Source of the DNA: a bacterium
GTDB lineage: Bacteria > Patescibacteriota > Patescibacteriia > JAZDGP01
Assembly (NCBI GenBank): GCA_043806935.1
Contig: JAZDGP010000016.1
Location: 1-45,927, forward strand
Direction of reading: 5' to 3'
Length of the DNA: 45,927 nucleotides
Shown: positions 33,268 through 44,300 of the stretch, one piece after another
How positions within the stretch are numbered: position 1 is the first letter of the stretch
How the letters are laid out: the number at the start of each line of letters is the position of its first letter
The notes under the pieces: generated by a model
Seen by the model: only the letters and a program-made list of their open reading frames with translations
What the model was told of the DNA's origin: nothing
Databases searched by the model: none
Translations under genes and position numbers: made by a program

Positions 33268-34622
33268 TGGCTGACATTAAAAGTCCAGCTCTTCCTCATC
33301 ATGGCGAATGTTGTCAAGAAATTAACGCTTCCTGGATCTTCCACGCCAAGATAGAACATGCCATACACCCGTCCTTTAACAGCTACGTAAACAAACGAGC
33401 CGTCTAAACCAGTAATTGCTGTAAGCCCATTAACTGTTGCCTCGCTAACAGATTCCCTCTTGCCTCCCCTGCTAACGTACCAATCCAACAATTGCTGGTT
33501 CTGGTCATTCTCTAAAGCAAGAATTTCAATCACTTCTCCAGTTTCTGGAGGAGTAAACAATACGGTTCTTCCATCACTGCCAACAGGGCTGTCAGCGGCC
33601 CAAGAGCTTGGATACAACAACTGGTAGCCGTACACATCATTACGGTACGGCTTTACCAAACCGCTCTCAATCAGCAAAGCAGTGGCATTGCCAGAACCAG
33701 GACTGTACAGATTCCTAACTTCTGTTCCATCTAAATAACTGTCTCCATCACTATCAGGATTATTAGAATCTGACCTATATAACGTTTCCTCGCTGTCAGT
33801 CAAACCGTCATTGTCAGTATCAGTGGCTGGACGCAGTGTTTCTCCAACTGACACAGGAAGCTCTGGAGATGGAGTTGGTTGTTTGCGCTTAGTTAACGCT
33901 TGGCTAGACACCACTGCCACTATACCTGACGGCAGAGATGTAATAACCGCCCGAGCTTGGTTCTGGTTGACATCCACTGTTGCTCCAGGAATTGGCTGGT
34001 ATGATCCGTCTGGAGACAAGGTCGCCATTATCAAACTGGATTCATTGCCGCCAGTAGCGGCAATGTCAGTATCAAAATAAGTTAAGATTAAAATAACTGG
34101 AGAAGAAAAAGTAAAACCACTAGGAGACAGCTGGTACTTTCCTCCAACCACCAGGCCGTTATCCAACGCTGATAACGCTATAGCCATCGCTTCCAACTTA
34201 GGAGAAGACGCGGACAAACTAGCAGCCACAGACGCTGGAATTTGAAGAGCCAATGATCCTAATGTTCTCCCTTGCCCGTCTTTAGCTTCAGCAGTAACTG
34301 TTATCGGAACAGGAGTAGACGGTACTGCTGCTGGACGATTCAAAGGTTGAGGAGCAGGACGGCTGACATACCAATAGACAGTAGCGCCTAAAGCAGCCAC
34401 TACCACCGCTACAGCTAATCCAATCACCCACACCAGCCAGCGAGGCTTAGCTGACACTGGAGTACTGATAGCTTCAGCTACTCCCGCGGTACGTTTTGCC
34501 ATTGGGATTTCCACTGGCTGTAGAGGAACAGCTATCTCTTTGGGCATCAAACGAAAGCGCGACTCATCAACGGTCACTACATTTCCCGGCTTTGTTTCTT
34601 CTTTCCGCCCAAACCACTTCAT
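33264..34622 (-). CDS. Hypothetical single-pass membrane protein with thrombospondin-type-3-like Ca-binding repeats
   Basis: 452 aa. It has the TM helix WLVWVIGLAVAVVVAALGATVYWY and the external motifs TDTDNDGLTDSEE and NNPDSDGDSYLDGTE. Confidence 0.65.
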   Translation of the reverse strand: MKWFGRKEETKPGNVVTVDESRFRLMPKEIAVPLQPVEIPMAKRTAGVAEAISTPVSAKPRWLVWVIGLAVAVVVAALGATVYWYVSRPAPQPLNRPAAVPSTPVPITVTAEAKDGQGRTLGSLALQIPASVAASLSASSPKLEAMAIALSALDNGLVVGGKYQLSPSGFTFSSPVILILTYFDTDIAATGGNESSLIMATLSPDGSYQPIPGATVDVNQNQARAVITSLPSGIVAVVSSQALTKRKQPTPSPELPVSVGETLRPATDTDNDGLTDSEETLYRSDSNNPDSDGDSYLDGTEVRNLYSPGSGNATALLIESGLVKPYRNDVYGYQLLYPSSWAADSPVGSDGRTVLFTPPETGEVIEILALENDQNQQLLDWYVSRGGKRESVSEATVNGLTAITGLDGSFVYVAVKGRVYGMFYLGVEDPGSVNFLTTFAMMRKSWTFNVSQ

Positions 34623-34626
34623 GGAT

Positions 34627-35274
34627 TTACTGCCCTTGCCCAGGCACTAACAGCAACTTACCCTCTCCACGCGGATTATACCCATTCTTCACTTCAGCTC
34701 CGTCAGGATAAGAATCATTGTCAGTATCCTGGCGCAATGGATCTGTTTGGTATACCTTCACCTCTTCACTATCAGACAAACCGTCTCCATCAGTATCAGG
34801 ATTGCGTGGATCAGTCTTGTATTGGTACAGCTCGTCGTAATCAAGCAACTGGTCAAAATCAGTATCCTGCGCTTTCAGCTGCTTAACCTGTTCTGGCAGC
34901 AGTTGGTTAGCGTCTTTTGGCAATTCGTCAAAATTAGTAATTGCTTGTTGTACTTGCTGTTCAACAGGCGGAAAAGGGACAACTGCTGATTTTTCTACAG
35001 GAGCCTTGGGAACTGGCTGTGGAGCGACAGATGGAGTTTGGTATGAATCGTAGACAAGAACAGCGATACCGGCAAGAATAGCCACTGCCGCTATGATTGC
35101 AATTACTAGCAATGACTTACGCCAAGGAAAGGGAGCGGATGGCACAGCTGGCGCTGGCTGACTGACTGACGGAGGCACAGTTGGAGCTGACGCTGGCTTG
35201 CTGTCCACTTTGGCAAAAATGTCTTCCGGCTCTTTGCCTAAGGCTGGCGGATTGGAAGGGATGTTATCAAACAT
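34627..35274 (-). CDS. Hypothetical single-pass membrane protein with thrombospondin-type-3-like Ca-binding repeats
   Basis: 215 aa. It has a Pro-rich N-terminus, the TM helix LLVIAIIAAVAILAGIAVLVY, and the motifs DPRNPDTDGDGLSDSEE and DPLRQDTDNDSYPDGAE. Confidence 0.65.
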   Translation of the reverse strand: MFDNIPSNPPALGKEPEDIFAKVDSKPASAPTVPPSVSQPAPAVPSAPFPWRKSLLVIAIIAAVAILAGIAVLVYDSYQTPSVAPQPVPKAPVEKSAVVPFPPVEQQVQQAITNFDELPKDANQLLPEQVKQLKAQDTDFDQLLDYDELYQYKTDPRNPDTDGDGLSDSEEVKVYQTDPLRQDTDNDSYPDGAEVKNGYNPRGEGKLLLVPGQGQ

Positions 35275-35345
35275 AAGTTTGGGTTAAACGTTATTATTTA
35301 TAGTATAGCACAAACAAATGATATTATTCTTTTACTTAAACTTTC

Positions 35346-38300
35346 TCATTCAACTCCACTACAACTACCCTGCGTATCCTGAGTACAAGTGGTATTACAA
35401 CAACCATTGTTACCATTACGAGATTCGTCATCGCACTTCTCCGGCCACTGCACAGTGCCATCACCGCAATTCCAGCTGTACCTGCAATACGTGTCTGCTC
35501 CAGCGTAACAGTAAGTATTGGCAGTATCAGTAATCCACGTCGCTCCGCTCTCTCCAATATGAGTCGGCCAGCCATTGCCGCATCTATTGCCTGGTGATTG
35601 GTAATACTCGCCTCCAGACAATACTGCTGTTGACCATAAGCTATCATCATACTCACGTTCTTTCCATGTCTTGTTAGCCACATCAGGAGCTATATTCTTG
35701 CATTTCCAGCCATTCCCTACTCCGGTCTTCAGGGAAGAATTAACAACCGGGCTATAGAAAGTGCCGATCACGCCAATAGCAGAATTGCCTGGCGTGGTAT
35801 TGTTTCCTTTCAATACCAACGCATTCTTGCCAGCCATCATCTTGTCAGCAGTAATGTCAAAGACAGATTTGCCATAATTAGTTGAACTGACACCGTCATA
35901 CTTAGCCATCCAGCCGTCAACATCCTGCGCTTTCAGCTCTGTGTCATTCAAGAATCCACTGACATAATCCTTGCCCAAGATTCTTGACTTAGGCATAACG
36001 CACTGGTTGTTGGATAATGAACCTGGTTCGTAACAAACTAATGCCTCGCAAGTCGTGCCATAAGCAGCGCAGCTGTTGGCGCACAGCCTTCTCCCAACCA
36101 TAGTATAACTATTAGTGCAATAACTATAGTTCTGGTCGCAGATCTCGCTTGATCCGATCGTCCCATCATTACAGCTATCTGTTGGAGCGTAAGATTCTCC
36201 TAAAACAAACTCAACTTTCTCGATCATGGCATTAGCGTCTCTTGTAACTCCGCCGCATTTTGGATTGCTGTTCGGACAATAATAATCATTCTTCCATTCA
36301 AGTAGCAAACCGTAAGTGCCAGTCTTTGGAAGATCGCCCAAAGGCACTGTCCATGTATGAGACTTAGCTGGCACCTGATACGTTCCCAACAAACGTTTGT
36401 TGCCCACCATGACAGTAGCTGTCTTCTCCACCACTCCATCCAAACCATGGACAGTCAAAGTATAAGTGGTGGTGGAAGCTGGAGTAACCGTTGCTGATCC
36501 GCCGCTAGCTGGCGACACATTGCCAACAGTTGGATCAATACTGGCGCTCTCCGGGTAATTGCCAGCTGTCCAAACCAAATTGCTGCTACTTCCTGGCGTA
36601 ATAAACGACGGCTGGGCTTCAAAGGTGGCTGTTGGCGCTCCAGTCATTGTAACAGCCACTGTTTCAGTTGTTGTGCCGCTTGGTCCTACAGCAGTCAATG
36701 TATATTCAGTAGCAATAGTTGGATTAACAATAACCAGCCCACCCGATTTTGGAGACACTTCTCCAACTCCTGGATCAATCCGTACGCTAGTGGAAGCGTT
36801 GTCAGTGGTCCAGAATAACATGACTGGCTTTCCTATGCCGCTTGCTGACGGACTAGCCGTAAAACTGGTAATAACAGGAGGTGGGGTGACACTGACAGTG
36901 ATGTCACGAACAACAGAATCGATGCCGTCATCAACGATTAAACGATATGTAGTGTTAGCAGTCGGTTGGACATCCTTACTGCCAGACATTGGCAAACTAG
37001 TCCACTGCTCGCCAGTGATTAAATCTTTTAAAACAACCTTGGTCGCATCTTCTGTCGTCCAAAACACAGTAGCCGTTCCTCCAACTGGCACTCCAAGCGG
37101 ACTAACAGACAGTGAGGTGATCTTTGGACCCGTTGCTGTTAAGCTGGCCGTAATAATCACACTTACTGTAACATTTCTCTTTAAACTATCCATGCCAGTA
37201 ATAGTGTAAGTGTGTTGTCCAACAGCGCTTGGCGTTACTATGAAGGAGCCATCACAACGAGAGGTATCTAAGCTGCCGATATCAGTTAATGAAGCTGACG
37301 CCACCCGATCCGTTGTCCAAGACAATGTAACTGATTCCCCAACCGTGATTTCCGTCTTGGAAACGTCTAAAGTGACTGCCGGACCAGACGACGTGCCTCC
37401 AATCGTTACAGCCGCCGTAGCTTGACTCGTCTGTTTAGAAGCATTAGTAGCTGATAACGTATACGTAGCGCTAGCAATTGGACAAACTGTTTCAATGCCG
37501 CTGCCATTAATTACTGGAATACTGCCAACAGTCGGAGTAATTGACCCAGTAGTTGCTCCACTCGCTGTCCAAGACAAATCCACCCGTTCTCCTTCTACAA
37601 TAGTTTCCTTGCCAGCAGTCAGTGAAACAACAGGAGGTCCAACCAATGCCGCGGTTGGCGTCACCGCTCTTGGTCCAAACACTCTCGCCACCAATGATTT
37701 CCACCAGCCAGTTACTTTGTCTTCTACTTTATCCTCCTCGCCGCCACTGGTAGGTTCGATCAAAGACACATCGAATTTCAACATGCCATTCCAATTAGTA
37801 TCAGTCCAGCCAGACAAATCATCATTATAATTCTTAGTGGTAATCCTGACATATGGTTTGGAATTTTTGGTTACAACGGCTGACGTTGGAGTTGCTTTAC
37901 GTCCAGAAAACAATCCAATAGCCTTCTGCCACAAAGTTTCTTTAGGCGTCTCAAGTGAAACATAGCCTCCACCTTCATTAGTCGGAATAAATGGCAAAGT
38001 AAACTGGTACTGCCAGTTGCCAGGAGTGGAGAAACAATAGGAACCATTTCCTTCCTCATGGCAATCCCCAAATGGAGTTCCTGCTACAGTATTGCTTCCA
38101 TCATTACTTTGGTTATAAGGAACGCATTGCTTATTGAATAATACTGATTGATTATCACACTTAGTGGCTTCACAAGTCTCTAAAAATCCTTGGCAGGCTA
38201 AGGCGTCACCATAAGGACGGCAGGGTCTAATGCCACTGCCATGCTCCAATGGACAACTCACTCCTCTTGTTTCGTTATTTGCTGGATCACAAATCTCTCC

Positions 38301-41300
38301 TGTATCCACTGCTCCATTACCGCAGAGCGCTTGCAATTGTATATGCTTAACAGTCAAGACTTTGCTAACAGAGAACAATCCGGAATTAGTGGCAGCGTAT
38401 CCTGTCTTACTGGCTGTCACTTGGTACTGGCAGTTGCCTGTATATGCCACTTGGGAGAATCCATATCTGCCATTGCTGTTTGCGGTAGTCGTAGCGACCA
38501 CTGATCCATCCACTAGTTTCAATTCCACTGTAGCTTCTCCTACCTTTTCAGTGGAGCCGTCTGGCAACTTGGCTGTAATATCCCCGGCAATCGTTCTAGC
38601 TCCATTTCCAATGCCACAAGTTGGAGACATTTTAACCTCTATTGAACCAGTAGAACTTGTAAAATTAATCTTATTCTCGTTAGTCAAAGTCTTTAGCTGG
38701 TAACCAGCCGCTCCCACCATAGCTTGGTAGCCGCACTGGCTATCCCCTGGCGCCCGGTATGGCACCTCTGGAATAGAAACTCCACCGCTCGTCTGAACCG
38801 CTCCCACCGTGTCAGTCAAAATGATCTGCACTCCATTCACTGCCGTTCCAGTCTCTATATTAGTTACCATAAAATTCATGGTTCCATTCCCAGCTCCAGA
38901 ACATACAATTGGCGTACCGACCGCGCATACTGGCTGGCAAACTTCCGGCTGGCAGGTCAAATTAGAAGAAATATCTTGTCCTCCCAGACAATGCGCAGTC
39001 TCTAATCCAGGCGTGCCTGTGCCTGGATCGCACACTTCAGACACTCCTTCCACGTTTGGCGTCTGTACAATGCCGTCGCCGCAGTATGTTTCCGGCTCCA
39101 GTTCCAAACTCAAAACATAATCTTCCCCACCACGTACGTCAGTCGCTGGTGTATAATCCTGTTTCTCTCCAATCACTCCATAACCGCATAATTCGTTCAA
39201 TGAATGAAGCGACGTGGGCAAGAAACCATTCACTCCGCCACAATTCTTGCCGTTGTTGTCGCAACCGACAAAATTAACATCAGCTGCCCCCTGTACCACC
39301 GTGCCATTAGTTAAATTGTATTTAGCGGCAATACGGCTATCATTCCCTCCTCTATCCGTAACCGTAATCATTCCTCCACTCACTGTTCCGCCTGTCCGCT
39401 TATTAACTAACGAATAAGAGAAGAACGAACTGCCAGATCCGCAATATGTAGGTAAACCATTAGTACACTCCACTTCGGAACAGATGTCATTACACTGCGG
39501 CGCGTCAGCTGCTTGCTCAAAGCAGAAATAATTAGCTCCTGACGCTGACACAGCGTTCTTATCGCACACTTCGTTGAATTCAGTTTGGACAATATTGTCT
39601 CCGCAATAACCACCACAGCTTAATAACGGGTTAATAGGATCATATGCTGACGCTGACTCAGACCATTGGCAGAGGTTCCCCTCTTTCCGGGAGCAGGTCT
39701 GCACTTTAGGAGCATCATGCCAGTCAATATTGCCTCCCAAGTCATATGACAAGACGGAGCAGACGTCCCTGCTGAAATTCTTGGCGTCCAATTCGCACTG
39801 CTCCGGTCCAACCTGGTACGCTCCATCACCGCAATAGCCTTCCCTAGCGCTCGCTCCGCACTCAAATAAATACTGCGCTACTCTTAAATCGCCGCTGAAT
39901 CCAAAATCAATGCCAGGATTGTCAAACTGGGCGGAGAGATTATAAGAAAGATTTTTGAACTTATAACTGTACACTCTGCTGCCTACCGGGCATGTAAACT
40001 TTAATTTGCTCTGGTCCCAGCAAGTTTGTGGATCACTGCCAGGGCACGGACCACTGTCTTCCAAAGCGAATACGTTATAGCCTTTAAAATCAACAGTGCC
40101 ACACGCCGCAAAAGCTGGTAAAATCTTTAAATTATCCTGTTGCAAAGAAACATTGCCTCTATCTTCCACTCTGCCGCCGCTCCAATTCTTCTCTGTCCTA
40201 TCCGGATAAACCGTGTAAGCAAACGGAGCGTCTCCTAGTGATACAACTCTTCCTCCCCTTTCCATGTACTTCCTTACTAAGCTCTGCGGATCCAAAGTAC
40301 CCACAATAGTATATGGAGCGGTCATTGGCAACACCACCACTGTTCCCGCTCCATTGCTATCATCTGCCATGAAAGCGGCCAGGTCATATGCTGATGTCTT
40401 TGTGAATCCTTTGTTCTCTAAATACTTAACTAAGTTATTCTGCCCATTCCCAACTGAATAGTTACTAACATAGCTGCCTGTCCAATCGTCATAATCTGTC
40501 ATGCGGAAGTTGGGATCATAGTACACTAGACGATTGGGTTTAGCAGATACCAGATCCGTAGCGTCGCAATCTGCTCTGCCTGACAAATCATACAAGGAAG
40601 TACTGCAAATATCATAAAAATGATCTGCTGTAGGCGGCTGGCTGTCCTTCTGGTCATACAAACGGAGATAACCGGAGTTGCGGTAGCGTGGATTAGGAGT
40701 GTACAGCCAAGCTGCCGCTTGCCCGTCAGACCGTCTGGCTAACACTTTAGTGGTTGTTGAAGCGGCCACAGGACGCTCAGACTGCCAAGTTTCATTTAAC
40801 CCCCAAGCTCTTCCTTCTTCAGTGAACGTAACAGTATCATCCTGGTCGCACCAGTTAGTTGCTATCTTAACTGTTGGCGTTAATTTAGAAGATACTGTGT
40901 CGCCAAAAGTGTTTTGGGGATCAACAGGAAGAGAAATATTCAATTCCTTGCCTAAAGTCTTCTGCCAAGACGGCCAGCGTGAATTAGTATTGTTTTTGAC
41001 GTAAGTGCCGCTTGTTAACGCTGGATAGAATCCATTATGCGTACGCTGATAACTTTCCAAACCATTGGCAATGGAACGCAAATCAACATAACGTTGGAAA
41101 TCACGCTGTAGGGAACGGAGCAGAACTCCGCTACTATCTTCGTGGTTGGACAGGAACCGCCAATTCGCAAGCAACGCTTTATACACCTGCTGAGTTTCAG
41201 CTGTGGCTCCGTCATTGTATGAAATGAGATAAACATTGGTATAGAGCTTTGGCAGAGTAGCTGCTTGGGCAAATTTATTGGCAAGCAAATCTTTCATCCA

Positions 41301-44300
41301 CCCGATAAATTCCTTCCACCAATAACTCTGTACTTTTCCGCCTGATTCCCCTGGCGTAGCGCTCCCGCCTGTCTTTGTAAGGTTAAAAGCAAACACATAA
41401 GTACTACGTCCATCCTGCAACGCTGGGAATCCACCAACAGTTAGGGATCGAGGATTACCAGGATTAGGAGCGTACTTTTGGTACCAATTAGCAAGAGGCA
41501 ACTGTTCAGGGTTGCTGAACACGCGGATGCCAAGCACATCGCTGGATTGGCCAACCACTGGCAGTAAATACTCGCGCAACAGCTCCGCTTGGTTGGGTTT
41601 AGTGGAAGCAGAATCTTTCCTAATAATCCCGCTGGTCGTTTCCGTAAACTCCCCTTCCTGCTGTGTGTCATTAACCAAAGAAGGAAGACGGCTAGGAGAT
41701 TCTTTCTGCCCCCTGCAATAGGACAATTTAAAATTAAACTTACTGTCATCCAAAGACCATGGCAATTCGCAGAACTTGGCCGCTATAGGCACAGTGGCGA
41801 CTGTTGGATCCACCTGATTGCTATTAGGCTTTGCTACCACTGCCAAAAGTCCGCTTCCAAATGTCTCACTGCCTAAGCCATCTGTCTGATTCTTGGGCTT
41901 AACAGTCACGGTCTGTGAGTTATTAGCTCCATCAATCACAGACACGGCTGACGCTCCTGGATCCAAAAGCCAGTTGTAATTAGCTTCCAATGGACGTCCT
42001 TGGTCGTCATAAGCGACAGCTCTAACTGTGGCGACATCAGAGAACTTAGAAAACACAACTGAGTCAGGTTGCGGCACGTTATTCAAAAATACTTCCATAT
42101 CAATCTGTCCAATCCTGCAAACATTCTGTCCAGTGGTAAACGTCCAAACCATTGTTTGCGGCAGAATCGCTCCGTCTACTCCTCGTGGTCCATTATTTCT
42201 TCCATCAACCGCTACGGCGTATTTAGTAGTTGGTTCCAAAACCAGACTGCCCAAAGAAATCTTGACCGTACGGTTATCGTCTAAGAGCTTAGCTCTAGCT
42301 CCAAGCTGTAAACAGTATTTGCTGCCAGCTGGAGCTTCTACTCCAGACCATTCTTCTTCTCCAGCGCCGCAGCTATCCCTTACTGCCGCTAAACGCACTG
42401 TCCCGTCGTTAATAGACAACGGATCCACCAATTCTTTTACAACAATCTTTCCGTCACTGTCCTGGCAATTGCCATCAGCTAATTCAGTAGTGTTAGCAGG
42501 GCAGTACTTACCGCCAATTGAGAACTGGACAATGCTGTTGCGGCAAACATTATCAGCGCCAGGCTCCGGCTGCTGGCCGCTCACCATTAACTGGTCGCGG
42601 ATATTTAAAACAGTCAAAGGCAACGGGTTGGAAGTGATTAATTTAGGCTGTGTTTCTGGAATCGGAGCTGTCGCTGGATTAATATTGTCATAACACATAT
42701 TGCCCACAATGATGGATCCTTCAGGACAGCTTACTTTACCAGTTAGCACTGGCTTGTCTTTGACCACTCTCACCAATCCGCTCACAGCGTCATCAGCGAC
42801 CTTAAGTTGTCCGGCCGAACTGGACGCATTAATATATCCGACAACATCCATGTACATTGTGCCTAAATAATCCAGCCTACCATCATTGTTCACGTCAACC
42901 GCAGCTCCCTGCATTATGCCCATGGGGTTATGAAAATCAAAACCGCCGCCTGGTATCACTGGATAAGGAATATCATCCCGCTTAAACGTACCGTCGCCAT
43001 TGCCAAGATAAACTTTCAAAGTACCCCCTCCCACTGCTGATAAATCCAACTTCCCGTCACCATTGTAATCAGCGAGCACCAACGTGTGCTCTAACGCGCC
43101 ATTTGTCCCTGCCGCGCCCGTGGCAATGGAGATGGGTTTAGTCTGGAATGAACCATCGCCATTGCCAAGATAGGTTGCCACGGTCCGTTTGTCATCCGCT
43201 GCTAAAACCACCAAATCAGTCTTGCCGTCATTATTAACATCTCCTGAAGCAATACTCCCACGACCTCCACTGTTTTGAATACGGCTGGACTCCTGTTCAC
43301 GGAATGTACCATCACCATTGCCAAAGTAAACAGCGACAGGGGAAAATTGCGCCCACGGCACGAAAGCAACATCCAAAATACCGTCACGGTCAAAGTCGCC
43401 TAACGTTCCTTGGTAATACGCTTGAAGATAAACATCCGCTCTAGCTGGCAATTGTTGTTTATCCAATTGCCGGAAAGTTCCGTCGCCATTGTTCATAAAC
43501 ACCTTAAAATAGTTATCCAGCGTCGTTTGGTGGAAATTCGTACTTCCCGAGTGATTAGCCACCAAAAAATCCAATTTGCCATCACGGTCAAAGTCACCGC
43601 TTAAAGGACTCCTAGGATAAGGAAGCTCATCTGGCAATCCCTCACCGCCAGTAATCTGCCGTCCAACCTTAAAAGTACCATCTCCATTGCCCTCCAAAAG
43701 GTACATTATTGTCCTGTTGCTAGTCAGGATACCAATAACATCAGCTTTACGGTCGCCAGTGAAATCTCCAGCAATAACAGCTGACAATGTTTGTTCAAAA
43801 GGAATCATTATCTGGAAAGTGCCGTCGCCATTGCCTAAACTCACTCCGGCATTGGTGGCAATGTCCATTTTCCCGTCCTTGTTGAAATCACTTGTAACTA
43901 AACTAGAGTTTGATTTAGGCGTTGGTACCTGTAAGAAGATCTCGCTGAACACTCTGCCTGTTGTTTTGCCAATCTCAAGCGCTCTGCCACGATACGCGTT
44001 CAACACATACAGTTTGTCGTTATACACTGCCGTACCCCACAATGGATCAGCGACATACATGCTCAATCTGCCAATGGCCGCCCATTTCTCTCCACCGTCA
44101 TACCGATACAAGTATCCTGACGGATAACCAACCCCGTACAGTTTATTGTTAAAAACAACAAGCTGATGCGCGTATGTATCTTGCCCAAGCCTGCCGACTG
44201 GCGTCCATTTATCAGGCCCTTCATACCGATAGACATTCGCTTTGTCAGTCGGTACGGAAGAACCGCCTCCAACGTATAATGTATCTCCCAACGCTGCGTA

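Noticed and set aside
36559-37209. 216-aa plus-strand ORF, plus similar ones at 42028-42693, 38230-38703, 43687-44127 and 16830-17261
   Set aside because: All lie antisense to, or out of frame within, the two giant minus-strand ORFs. They have low-complexity composition and no start context.
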